A DNA stretch of 64,000 nt, taken from the IMG/VR virus record IMGVR_UViG_3300015263_000962, positions 1-64,000 of that record. One strand, given 5' to 3'. Shown one piece after another: positions 18,513 to 27,494 of the stretch. The notes beneath the pieces are model-generated. The model was not told where the DNA came from. It saw only the letters and a list, made by a program, of their open reading frames with translations, and searched no databases. Every line of letters begins with the position of its first letter. The first letter of the stretch is position 1. The position numbers and the translations under genes were made by a program. The DNA comes from a virus.

Positions 18513-18887
18513 CTACCCTTTGATGAACTGGTCGAACTTCTGAAACTCCGGTGACACCTCGGCGTCAGTGTTGGCGGGGCCACCCTTGAGGCGACGAACT
18601 TCGAAGAGTGCGTCCTTGAGGTCGGCACGCTTCTTTCTCTTCTCACGAATGACTTCGATGCGAAGCTCCGTGCCGTTGGTCGTGTCTTTGTGTCTGAACT
18701 TCTTCAGCCGACCATCTGAGAGTTTTTCCCACGCATCGAACATGGTAGCCGATGCGACAGCAACCTTCAATCCGTTTTTGTCGTCGTGGAAATGAATCTC
18801 TCCGTTGTTCTCGTGGATGCGGAGGCTGCCGATGATTTGCCCCTCCTTGTCCTTAGCCGGTGTGTCGAACTGTCGTTCACCACCCAT
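18513..18887 (-). CDS. hypothetical protein
   Basis: GGAG SD before MGGERQF; first gene of a tightly packed operon. Confidence 0.65.
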   Translation of the reverse strand: MGGERQFDTPAKDKEGQIIGSLRIHENNGEIHFHDDKNGLKVAVASATMFDAWEKLSDGRLKKFRHKDTTNGTELRIEVIREKRKKRADLKDALFEVRRLKGGPANTDAEVSPEFQKFDQFIKG

Positions 18888-19025
18888 TTTTCGATCTCCA
18901 TGAAATGATGTTGTGAGCGTCTGCGTCGTCATTCTACGGAACAAAAATTGTGTTGTAAAGCCAATGTTCTCGTTTTTCAGTCGCAAACTTTCCGGGTGCT
19001 CGTAGATACTCGTAGGAGGTGTCAA

Positions 19026-19511
19026 ATGGCCGATACTAACGAGGGGTCTCCGTGGTTCTGGAAGATATTCGGAGGCACCATTCTGGGCATGGTTACGTTC
19101 TTGTTGCTCGCCCACATCAACAACATCAACAGTTCCATCGACAAAGCTAAAACCGAAGGTCTGATCGCTGTCAACTCAGTGCGTGAAGACGTGAAGGAGC
19201 AGCGTGTCATCATCGATGGTCTGAAGGACCGAATGCTCGCCGTCGAGCAATCGCCTTTCAAAACAAAGATCGATAGTCTGGAAGCGTCCATCAAAGAAGT
19301 TGGAGAGACGGTTTCGTCTCGAAGTGAGAAATTGGCAGGACTCGAATCTTCAATAGAGCATTTCAAAGAAGAGATCAAAACGCTGCGTGAAGAGAGTGCC
19401 AAAACAATCGAGGGTTTGCGGACGGAAAACACGAAGCTCGTCGAGCAGATGCAACTTATGAGAGATCGCATCACAGCACTAGAAAATAAGAAAGCCCAGC
19501 CAAACGAATGA
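19026..19511 (+). CDS. TM-anchored coiled-coil protein
   Basis: AGGAGG SD; TM helix then heptad repeats; GTAGATA upstream. Confidence 0.7.
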   Translation: MADTNEGSPWFWKIFGGTILGMVTFLLLAHINNINSSIDKAKTEGLIAVNSVREDVKEQRVIIDGLKDRMLAVEQSPFKTKIDSLEASIKEVGETVSSRSEKLAGLESSIEHFKEEIKTLREESAKTIEGLRTENTKLVEQMQLMRDRITALENKKAQPNE

Positions 19512-19536
19512 CTGGGCTTTCCAGCGACCCAACGAC

Positions 19537-20436
19537 TTACTTGCCCTTGGACGAGGACTGATGGCCTGAATCCACGACCTGCTGCAAGGCTTGCATGGCG
19601 GTGCGGCCAGAGGCACTTTGAAGTGCTGCGTTGGTGACTTCCTTGGCGTCCTGCAACGCTGCTTTCAACTGAACTTGCAGAGAACCGATTTGTTCTTCCA
19701 AGTTGTTGATGGTGTCGTCGAGGGCGGACACCTTCGTTGCGTGCAGAGTCCGTTCTGCATCCATGTCCTTCTGGAGCATGGCGATCTGGTGCTCGTAGTC
19801 TTTCTTGACTCGGTTGCCGACTACGGCTTCAGCCTTAGACACTTCTGCCTTCAGCTTATCTTCGAAGCCGTCAACCTGAGCTTTCAGATCCACGAACTCT
19901 TGCTCTTTCTCTGCGAGTTCATCTTCTCGCTCTTTCCACTGACGTTGCAGTTCTTGAACTCGGATAGCCTCGGCTCGGCGTCGATCTGCGATTTCAGTGT
20001 TGTACTCTTCTTGCGATCTCTTCACTCTCTGGGAGTGCATGTAAGCGTGCTCTTCATCTTGTCGCTGACAAGCCTTTTCACGCTCTTCGTCTTCCTCACT
20101 CCACTGCAACTGACGGGCTGCGACTTTCTTGTTCCAGTCGTCGTCCAGTTCTGCCCTGCGGGCTCGAACTTCATCCAGTGATTGAGCTTCCTTCTCGATC
20201 TCATAAAGCTCTTCGAGTTCTTCGCTCTTGGCTGCAATCGCTGTATCGACCTTGTTCATCTGCTCGACCTTAGAAGTGATCTGAGCACTCAGTCCTGCCA
20301 GTGTGGACTGCAAAGTGTTTTGAAGAGCACCAATCTCTTCGATGACACTCTGGGGTTCCAAGTTGTTGACAGCTTCGAGGATTTTCGCTGTCTCTTTCTT
20401 CTTTCTCGTGGTTGGTTTTCTTGTTGTAGTAGCCAT
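19537..20436 (-). CDS. long coiled-coil protein
   Basis: Glu/Gln/Lys-rich 299-aa helical ORF with AAAGG SD. Confidence 0.75.
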   Translation of the reverse strand: MATTTRKPTTRKKKETAKILEAVNNLEPQSVIEEIGALQNTLQSTLAGLSAQITSKVEQMNKVDTAIAAKSEELEELYEIEKEAQSLDEVRARRAELDDDWNKKVAARQLQWSEEDEEREKACQRQDEEHAYMHSQRVKRSQEEYNTEIADRRRAEAIRVQELQRQWKEREDELAEKEQEFVDLKAQVDGFEDKLKAEVSKAEAVVGNRVKKDYEHQIAMLQKDMDAERTLHATKVSALDDTINNLEEQIGSLQVQLKAALQDAKEVTNAALQSASGRTAMQALQQVVDSGHQSSSKGK

Positions 20437-20535
20437 CGTGTTTACCTTTCGTAAGTTAGGCTGTTGGATGCTTTATGATCGTCAGGAACCATGTAAGACT
20501 TTACCAAAACATCGGCAGGGGAGATAAATAATGAC

Positions 20536-21114
20536 ATGGGTAAATTCAGGTCATTCTTAGAAGCTCACAGCCCCGCTCGGGTCATGATTCCGCTCCCAAA
20601 AGTGGAGCAAGTATCGGACTATGATTGCGGTCCAGCGGCTCTTCGAGCGATCTGTCTGTATTACCAAGTTGGCCCGCAGGATCATCAACAATTCATTAAG
20701 GATTGCCGGGCCACCAAGAAGGATGGGACCGAACCAGAAAATCTCATTCGAGTGGCAAAACAATACGGCCTAAAAACTAAAGAATCACGAAATATGTCTG
20801 TCGATGAATTGCAGGGTTACTTAAATCAAAAGAAGCCTGTGATTGTCGATATTCAGGCATGGGGAGAGGGCTACGACGATCTGGAAAGTGGACACTATGT
20901 CGTAGCAATTGGGTATGATGAAAAGAACATCTATTTCGAAGACCCATCATTACATTCCCACAAGAGAGGGAGCCTTTCTAAGAGAGAACTGTTGAGTCGC
21001 TGGAAAGACAAGAAGGCCAACGGTGAAGAACTACACCAGTACGGCATCGTTATGTGGACAGATAAGATGGACAAAGAAACATCCAGTTTGTCTGCCTCTA
21101 AGCGAATCCCATAA
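20536..21114 (+). CDS. C39-family cysteine peptidase with capsid-targeting-like N-terminus
   Basis: QVSDYDCGPAAL, GHYVVAIGYD and FEDP motifs; MGKFRSFLEA leader. Confidence 0.88.
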   Translation: MGKFRSFLEAHSPARVMIPLPKVEQVSDYDCGPAALRAICLYYQVGPQDHQQFIKDCRATKKDGTEPENLIRVAKQYGLKTKESRNMSVDELQGYLNQKKPVIVDIQAWGEGYDDLESGHYVVAIGYDEKNIYFEDPSLHSHKRGSLSKRELLSRWKDKKANGEELHQYGIVMWTDKMDKETSSLSASKRIP

Positions 21115-21145
21115 AGGAGCCCTCCATGGCTCTCGCAAGGAATTC

Positions 21146-21412
21146 TCAGTAGCAGATCACGACCTTGTGTTGGTAGCCTTCGAAGAATTCTACCTTAAGG
21201 TCGCTGCGAATCTGTTCTAGGCGATCAAATGTAAGATGGGACGCCCAGTTCTCATAAACATCGATGTAATCTTCCATCTCGATGTCTGGGATCTCTTGAC
21301 GCCCGCTCAACATAGCTTTGTGAAAATGATTGTCCTGCAACGCCTCAATCGTGATAGTTTGAGTGACGCATTCGTTTCTAATAGCCCTATGATATTGTGA
21401 GTTGTCTGACAT
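21146..21412 (-). CDS. hypothetical protein
   Basis: AAAGGAG SD. Confidence 0.6.
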   Translation of the reverse strand: MSDNSQYHRAIRNECVTQTITIEALQDNHFHKAMLSGRQEIPDIEMEDYIDVYENWASHLTFDRLEQIRSDLKVEFFEGYQHKVVICY

Positions 21413-21431
21413 GACAATTCTCCTTTCAATG

Positions 21432-21464
21432 AAAAAAGGCCGGTCGTTGCAGCGACCGGCCTTC
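21432..21464 (-). terminator. intrinsic terminator
   Basis: AAGGCCGGTCG/CGACCGGCCTT stem followed by a T-run on the minus strand. Confidence 0.8.
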
Positions 21465-21487
21465 GTTGTTTAAGTTGTTGGTTTTGC

Positions 21488-21868
21488 TCAATCAAGCAAA
21501 TGATCGAACGGTTTCTTGTATCGCATACAATGGAAGATCATCGCCATCCGACGCTTCTCTTCATTGGTGATTTCCATATTCTTGTGCCAAGAGCGGCTCC
21601 AAGATGTTGTCACTCCCCGTTTGGTTTCGGTTTCGATTGGTCTGAAGTGATTTGACAACTCTTGACAAATACACATGACCATTTCGGCTTCAGCAGAAAG
21701 ACCGTGACAATCTCTCAGATCTTGCATGGCACAAGAACTGATCGTTGTCTTGTATGGACCTTTGCTGATTTCGATGTCCCGAGGGACGAAGGTATCGCAT
21801 TCGTATGCGACCGGGTTGATCTTCTTGATCTCTAACTTCCAGCTTTGTTGTAGCCAGTGGTTTCTCAT
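21488..21868 (-). CDS. MRNHWL-tagged protein carrying a major-capsid-protein fragment
   Basis: AAAGGAG SD; AMQDLRDCHGLSAEAEMVMCICQEL versus MCP AQQDLRSQHNLDAEAELTAVLAQEI. Confidence 0.75.
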   Translation of the reverse strand: MRNHWLQQSWKLEIKKINPVAYECDTFVPRDIEISKGPYKTTISSCAMQDLRDCHGLSAEAEMVMCICQELSNHFRPIETETKRGVTTSWSRSWHKNMEITNEEKRRMAMIFHCMRYKKPFDHLLD

Positions 21869-21878
21869 AATTCTCCTT

Positions 21879-22466
21879 TCACAGAAGATCAGGGTCGATC
21901 TCCGTGTTGTCTTGAATGTCCAGTGGAGCCAACTTTTCTCGTAGTTTAAGAAGAGGCGTATAGTCCTCGCCCCACAAGTCGGCTCGTGCGGCATCATGCC
22001 AGAAGTTCCATGTGTTCTCGCTCACCATGCTCTTATAAGGCTGGAGTGCTTCGAACATCGCTGCGGCATACTGTTCCAGACCTGTCAATCGAAGGCTCTT
22101 CAACATCCGTGTGACTCGAAGCATCGTATGATTGAATCTTCGAAGCCACCATGGGGTGTCTGTGGCAGATACGATCAAGACGCTGTTGGGTTCATCTTCA
22201 ACCAACTTGAATTCAAGAAAGCTCAGAAAGCGTACAAACGCCTGCTTGACCTTCTCTTGAAGTTCCGGGTCGCTCTGAAACACCTGACAGTCCTCTCTGG
22301 TCATCACAGGAGCATCGCCGTTCATCATGCTCGGCTCATTGGACGGAAAGATCCACTGGATGTAATCGTGGTCCATTTCCAGTTGTCCGTTGTTCCATGT
22401 GAGAATATCGTCAAGTCGGTGGCCGTTGCAGTTGCCCCGTTCACCTCTGTAAAAATCAACAATCAT
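21879..22466 (-). CDS. opioid growth factor receptor (OGFr) conserved-domain protein
   Basis: LEMDHDYIQWIFP..EPS..N..AP and NH..LRVTRMLKSLRL.GL motifs. Confidence 0.88.
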   Translation of the reverse strand: MIVDFYRGERGNCNGHRLDDILTWNNGQLEMDHDYIQWIFPSNEPSMMNGDAPVMTREDCQVFQSDPELQEKVKQAFVRFLSFLEFKLVEDEPNSVLIVSATDTPWWLRRFNHTMLRVTRMLKSLRLTGLEQYAAAMFEALQPYKSMVSENTWNFWHDAARADLWGEDYTPLLKLREKLAPLDIQDNTEIDPDLL

Positions 22467-22786
22467 CAGTCATCATCCTCTTCTTCAATTGTGGCCTTTT
22501 TGACTTTTTTGCTTTTGAGAAGCCAGTCCAAAAACCCCTCTTTACTCTTGCGAGTCATAACCTGAATCTCGTAGGAGTTGGTAGCTGGGTCTTTCTGTCT
22601 TACAGAAATGATCCGGTCGCCGCTCGACACGATCTGTGGAATGGTTTCAAATGGATCGGCACCTTGGTCAATGTTAACGATGACAGTGAGGTGTTTCGTC
22701 ATGGTCAAGTCATAGACCATCAAACTGCTCACCATTACAACCAACCCGACCAACATACCAAAAACGATTCGTTGTGCCCATTGCAT
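22466..22786 (-). CDS. TM plus small alpha/beta (ACT/I9-like) domain protein, paralog of 27495-27923
   Basis: HLTVIV..GADP..TI..IVS..YE..V.T.KSK..FL.WL shared with the paralog. Confidence 0.75.
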   Translation of the reverse strand: MQWAQRIVFGMLVGLVVMVSSLMVYDLTMTKHLTVIVNIDQGADPFETIPQIVSSGDRIISVRQKDPATNSYEIQVMTRKSKEGFLDWLLKSKKVKKATIEEEDDD

Positions 22787-22825
22787 ATTTCACCTCTTGT
22801 TTGTTTAAGATAGTGCGGGCGCATG

Positions 22826-22863
22826 AAAAAAGACCGGTGCGCACTTTGGGCGCACCGGTCTTC
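22826..22863 (-). terminator. intrinsic terminator
   Basis: AAGACCGGTGCGC/GCGCACCGGTCTT stem with A/T tail. Confidence 0.8.
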
Positions 22864-22889
22864 AATTTTATGTATGCAGCTACCGTCGA

Positions 22890-23195
22890 TTATCGCACAG
22901 GATATCTAGGCTCTCTGCCCTGATGCCTGTCAGCGGCCCCAATTTGGTGCCCACGGCGATATTGCTCGTCAAACGTCCAAGAGAACGGACCCAGCCAAGT
23001 CCCACTGTAGCCGTCCCAGTAACCTCTCAGAAAGTCATCCGAAGGAGGAACTTCGTAAAGGTCTGGCTTGTGTTGTTCAACCGCTGGTGGTGCGGGCTGA
23101 ACAGGTTGGACGGGCTGTTGAATGGGTTGGGCTGGTTGTGGCTTGCTGCAACCAGCGACGAACAAACAAAACGTAACAAAAAGGATGTTTCTCAT
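22890..23195 (-). CDS. lipoprotein
   Basis: Lipobox VAGC; Pro/Gln linker; GY.DGY and Y.RGH motifs. Confidence 0.7.
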   Translation of the reverse strand: MRNILFVTFCLFVAGCSKPQPAQPIQQPVQPVQPAPPAVEQHKPDLYEVPPSDDFLRGYWDGYSGTWLGPFSWTFDEQYRRGHQIGAADRHQGREPRYPVR

Positions 23196-23255
23196 AAGTT
23201 CCCTCCTTTCGGTATTTATTCAGCCAGAGGCATTTATACTACAGGAGGATCTGGA

Positions 23256-23867
23256 ATGAAGATTCGGCGTTTTAACGAATGGGTAATCGAACGACAATTC
23301 GATGAAGGTGCCCACATTCTCATTGAATTTGCAGGCAATCCAGCCCAAGAGTTGGAACAGTTCGCTCGTATGCCTGACTCGCCGCAGAAGAAAGGTTTCG
23401 TCCGCCAATTCTGGGCACGTCACAAGAATAAGTTCAAAGGTGCCGCCGTTGGGGCCGCTGGTATCGCAACCTTGATTTTGGCTGGCATCCCACTCGAATC
23501 ACTGATCCCATTCTTTGGGTTGAGTGCTGTCCGCCAAGGAATGCACATCGCTGGAAAGAGTCCAGCCCATGAAGCACCTTGGGCTGTGCCGAAAGAAACT
23601 CCCGATCAAGTGTATGTGATGGCCGACCGAGGCATCTGGAAAAACCAAGGCGGACAATGGCAGCAGCTTGACATGCAACGTGCCGCTCAAGAAATCAAAC
23701 AACTAACAGATGCGGGACATGTCATTCCAATCCATCGTGACAACAGCACACGTTACAGTGCCGAAGCTAAGATGGAAGATCTTCTCGATCAGATGGGCGT
23801 CGATGGCGACAAATGGTGGTTCCCAACAGAACCATTCGATCCGGCAGAGTTCGGGTTCGACTTCTAA
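23256..23867 (+). CDS. putative internal virion protein (MKIRRFNEWVIE) with hydrophobic hairpin
   Basis: AGGAGG SD; targeting-like leader; GAAVGAAGIATLILAG segment. Confidence 0.65.
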   Translation: MKIRRFNEWVIERQFDEGAHILIEFAGNPAQELEQFARMPDSPQKKGFVRQFWARHKNKFKGAAVGAAGIATLILAGIPLESLIPFFGLSAVRQGMHIAGKSPAHEAPWAVPKETPDQVYVMADRGIWKNQGGQWQQLDMQRAAQEIKQLTDAGHVIPIHRDNSTRYSAEAKMEDLLDQMGVDGDKWWFPTEPFDPAEFGFDF

Positions 23868-24286
23868 ATCTTACAGTTCGCAATCGTCATGTGAAAGCAC
23901 TTCCGAAAACCCTCTGGTGGCAGTGTGTATTGGCTGACGACCGGCAACCCTAGTTCCAACCGGATGTCTTCCAGCTTTCGGCAAAAACAGTTGAGCCAGT
24001 AGTAGACCTTCCCCTGCTGGATCTCTGGCGAATACCAGAACTCCACAGGCTCGCCTTCGTACCTACCCCAGAACTCCAGATTCACCGGCGTCTCTTTCTC
24101 TTGCCGAACCACTGTGATGTGTGCAGGCCAGCGAGGACGGTTCACAGGGAGCCATTTGGGGATCAGGGAGCGGTAGTAGTCGGAGATCTCTTGTTCAGCT
24201 TCTACGGCCAATCTGTAGCCTTCTGGGCTGTATCTGAGAATTCCGGTCGTTTTGTGGAGGTTGTTCATCTTGACCCTTTCGGCCAT
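23864..24286 (-). CDS. 2H phosphoesterase
   Basis: Two HxT motifs: AHITVV and FHMTI. Confidence 0.75.
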   Translation of the reverse strand: MAERVKMNNLHKTTGILRYSPEGYRLAVEAEQEISDYYRSLIPKWLPVNRPRWPAHITVVRQEKETPVNLEFWGRYEGEPVEFWYSPEIQQGKVYYWLNCFCRKLEDIRLELGLPVVSQYTLPPEGFRKCFHMTIANCKI

Positions 24287-24328
24287 CTATCTTAAAGTAT
24301 TTTCAGTCCAAAAGTCACGGAGGATCAC

Positions 24329-24628
24329 ATGGACGACCGACAAATTTTTCGCAACGCAATGGCCGAAAAAGGCATTGAGTACACGCCCACCGAAGCCGAA
24401 ACAGTGATGGATGCTGCCATCGAATTCCGCAACGAGATGGACATGAAGGCCCTCGAAGATCCCGACTTCTTCGACAATCTGGCCGAGATGACCCACGAGG
24501 ATAAAATACGCATCTGTCAAGAGTTCGCCGACGATGGCACTGAGATGACCGTCGATGAACTGGACGAGATCGTCCAGTTGATGCTATCCACTCAGGAAGA
24601 CGACGAAGTTGACGACTGGTGGAAATAG
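24329..24628 (+). CDS. acidic hypothetical protein
   Basis: GGAGG SD; Asp/Glu-rich. Confidence 0.65.
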   Translation: MDDRQIFRNAMAEKGIEYTPTEAETVMDAAIEFRNEMDMKALEDPDFFDNLAEMTHEDKIRICQEFADDGTEMTVDELDEIVQLMLSTQEDDEVDDWWK

Positions 24629-24643
24629 CCATATCATGATGGC

Positions 24644-25075
24644 ATGAAGTTTTCACCCGCACCTGATGATCCTGAAATCACCGGGCAATTCCATCGCTTG
24701 GTGTCCGAAAACGGCGTCATCGCAATTGGCGTCTATCGGGTGATGTACGGCTTCAGGGTGCGTGCCGGGAAAGCCAAAGACCTGATGGGCTGCACGCTCG
24801 ACTGGTGCGGAGGCGGCAACTGGCAGGACGTGGAACGTCTCTATTCGCTGGCCGTCTCAATCCTCTCACAACGTGAAGAAAGCCCGTCGTGTTTCGACGG
24901 GCTTCCCACTTGTTCCGAGGTCAAACCGTTCTTCCTCGACGAATGCTTCACGAAGACGTTGGCCGAAGCTGCTGGCCCTGATCTTGAATTGATCAAGCTC
25001 CCGCCACCGCCTCCACATCCGCTGTTACAATTTTTGGATCAGCAGGACGACATCGACCAAGACGGTGCAGAATAG
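24644..25075 (+). CDS. hypothetical protein
   Basis: ORF continuing the plus-strand pair. Confidence 0.55.
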   Translation: MKFSPAPDDPEITGQFHRLVSENGVIAIGVYRVMYGFRVRAGKAKDLMGCTLDWCGGGNWQDVERLYSLAVSILSQREESPSCFDGLPTCSEVKPFFLDECFTKTLAEAAGPDLELIKLPPPPPHPLLQFLDQQDDIDQDGAE

Positions 25076-25458
25076 AGTTTCTCCACCTCTTCCCGAGTCC
25101 GATGCTCATCACAAAGCTGAAAGATGCTGTAGTCCAGCGTGGCAAATTTGGTTGTCCATTCGCCACAGACCTGACACTTCCGCTGTTCATTCGGGTCTTC
25201 GTGATCCAGTTGAAGCTGATGGTCCAACTGATACTGCTTGTAACATTCGCAGGCTTCATCTGCTGACTCGTGACCGTCAGCATGGTACTTATTGGCGAAA
25301 CTGTTGTGCTTCTCGACTTCTGAGGCCGAGATATGGAAGTTCTCGACAAATTCCTTGTCGAACTCCCTGAAAGCGTGACAGTAGCCTGTTGGATGATTGT
25401 TGCGGGTGTAATCCCAGCGACCATCCGATTTCCGCTGTTTTGGCTCGTAGTAGTTCAT
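25039..25458 (-). CDS. Cys/His-containing hypothetical protein
   Basis: GGAGGG SD; CxxC motifs. Confidence 0.65.
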   Translation of the reverse strand: MNYYEPKQRKSDGRWDYTRNNHPTGYCHAFREFDKEFVENFHISASEVEKHNSFANKYHADGHESADEACECYKQYQLDHQLQLDHEDPNEQRKCQVCGEWTTKFATLDYSIFQLCDEHRTREEVEKLYSAPSWSMSSC

Positions 25459-25501
25459 TATTCCCTCCTGCCTTATAGTAGTACGGGTGGCCGAAAAGGA
25501 A

Positions 25502-25828
25502 CTACACCAAACCCTTCTCTTTGGCGACTGACAGGGCGGCTTGCGCCGGGCCTTCGATCCAGTCGTTTTCGAAAAGCTTTACAGCTTCACAGATGGGACA
25601 AACCGCTTCTGCGGCCATCAGGCTGAGGCCGACGACCCGCAACCCCTGCGAGGAAATCATGTTGTTACAGTCCATCAGAGGATCATAGTCGTTTTCAGCC
25701 CCACGACCCTCCAGTTCTGTGACAATGTTCTTCATGGCATCTTCGCCAGTTTTGGCCCCCAAATGCCCGATGCCCAATTCATCCAGCTTGGCTTTCAGTC
25801 GGTCCCAGTGTGTTTGGCAGATCTGCAT
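25502..25828 (-). CDS. hypothetical protein
   Basis: GGAGGAG SD before MQICQTHW; CPIC. Confidence 0.65.
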   Translation of the reverse strand: MQICQTHWDRLKAKLDELGIGHLGAKTGEDAMKNIVTELEGRGAENDYDPLMDCNNMISSQGLRVVGLSLMAAEAVCPICEAVKLFENDWIEGPAQAALSVAKEKGLV

Positions 25829-26042
25829 AGTTCTCCTCCATGAGTTTGAGGGGTTGAACCCTCTTAAGGTTGAGTTCGACGCCTTGTGGATTGCGAAGAC
25901 GGCCAATCAATGGATCAACGACCACGAATGGCCCATGAGCACAATCGTCTTTATCTCGAATGCGATAGAAGATTCGTTCGCCCGGCTTGAGTTCATCCCA
26001 TGAAACAAGTCGGAACTGCATCTGACATTCAAGCCACACCAT
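25779..26042 (-). CDS. hypothetical protein
   Basis: GAGG SD; fits the operon. Confidence 0.5.
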   Translation of the reverse strand: MVWLECQMQFRLVSWDELKPGERIFYRIRDKDDCAHGPFVVVDPLIGRLRNPQGVELNLKRVQPLKLMEENYADLPNTLGPTESQAG

Positions 26043-26052
26043 CGCTGATTCC

Positions 26053-26559
26053 TCAGTACACGGTGCTGGCGATCAGTCCTTTGCCGTCTGCACACCATTC
26101 TTCCGCAGTCTTCGTGACCACACTGTTGTCCTCCTGACGTACAGGAAGCACTGTGTCTGATGATAACTGACGCACATCAAACTCGTCAATCTCTTCTTGG
26201 CTCCACTCCGTGATCTCGCCTGTCTTGGGACTACGGAGGGGCTCCAGATGTTGATTCAGAGCGTCCTCACGAGATTCAGCGGCATACCAGTGTTGCTCAC
26301 CATCATCAACTTCATAGACGGCCAGCTTGCGATTCAACCAGTAGTTTTTCATGGTCGGTTCTTCTTTCTTTGTTCTCATATCCCAGAATGGATATTGTTT
26401 GACCCAAATTTCAATCAATCGTTCTTCTACAACAATTGGTTGTTCGGCCCGAGGGCCATCCTTCTCTGCGAACACACATCGAAGGCCATCGTCGTAAACA
26501 GCCATCCCTCGTTTGCACTTCTCGCAAACGAAGTGTTTACGCTCCTCGTCCGTCATCAT
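26053..26559 (-). CDS. hypothetical protein with internal MKNYWL segment (possible second start at 26352)
   Basis: In-frame ORF; MKNYWLNRK at codon 70. Confidence 0.55.
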   Translation of the reverse strand: MMTDEERKHFVCEKCKRGMAVYDDGLRCVFAEKDGPRAEQPIVVEERLIEIWVKQYPFWDMRTKKEEPTMKNYWLNRKLAVYEVDDGEQHWYAAESREDALNQHLEPLRSPKTGEITEWSQEEIDEFDVRQLSSDTVLPVRQEDNSVVTKTAEEWCADGKGLIASTVY

Positions 26560-26821
26560 TTTTCTGCTCCTCGACCAGCTTGATTAAGACATCTCCGTGG
26601 CAGAGTTCGTCTCGGTCGCACCAACAACCGAGCACTTTGCCGTCGAGTTCATGGATGTCAGCCAGCAGTTCAGGTTTGAGCCGAATCCACTTCTCGTACA
26701 TCTCCACGGCTTGTTCTCGGGTCCGGTCCTTGCGGATCGGAAATGGGTTGCCCCATTTGCTCCCCCTACCTATGAAGACATCAAAAGGCTCTTTCTGATA
26801 ATGGACTCTGGTTGTTGGCAT
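26537..26821 (-). CDS. DUF4326-domain protein
   Basis: VFIGRGSKWGNPF..EL.GKVLGCWC..CHGDVL. Confidence 0.9.
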   Translation of the reverse strand: MPTTRVHYQKEPFDVFIGRGSKWGNPFPIRKDRTREQAVEMYEKWIRLKPELLADIHELDGKVLGCWCDRDELCHGDVLIKLVEEQKNDDGRGA

Positions 26822-26988
26822 TTTTCAAATCCTGTGCCCAACGAATAAAGGCGACAGCGATTTCGCAAGCCACCTTGAGCTTGTCGTCGCTGTCGCCTCC
26901 CTCGACTTGTTCTTTAAGACGCTGCACATCATCGTCTTGACCTATTTTTCCGTCAAGTGCAATGCTGACTGCATCAATGATGCGATGG

Positions 26989-27396
26989 TCACGATCTGAC
27001 GCAATTTTCACGATTGACCCTTTCTGCTTTGACCATCCGTTGCTCGATTTCCTTGATGTGTTCGAACAACTGGAGAGGAACTGCAATGACGTTGCAGTTC
27101 TTGGCGGCTTCTGTTTCTGCCTCCTCCTTGGTGCCGACACCATCCCAGCCTCTTTTCCAAGATAGGCCCATCTTGCCGGGGAAGATTGTCGTCCACTCCT
27201 TGAAGACAGGTTCTTGTATGTTCCTTATGAGAACCGGCCCAATGGCGTTCAGTTCGTCTGGATACAGTTTGTGGGTGGCGGCGTGCTCGTAGGCCATCTG
27301 CCAGATAGGGTCGGTGGCTACATCATCTCTGAGCCGGAAAGTCTCTCTGAAGTTCTTCTCGTGCTCGGGGCTGGCTGGAATTTGTTCTCGTCGCAT
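26989..27396 (-). CDS. hypothetical protein
   Basis: AAGGAGGAG SD. Confidence 0.6.
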   Translation of the reverse strand: MRREQIPASPEHEKNFRETFRLRDDVATDPIWQMAYEHAATHKLYPDELNAIGPVLIRNIQEPVFKEWTTIFPGKMGLSWKRGWDGVGTKEEAETEAAKNCNVIAVPLQLFEHIKEIEQRMVKAERVNRENCVRS

Positions 27397-27494
27397 GGCT
27401 CCTCCTTAAAGAACTCTTTGTATCGGAATCTTTCAGAAAGCACAAGATCATCCAGACAAGCATAAATAATGAAACGTACCACAAGGAGCTTAAA

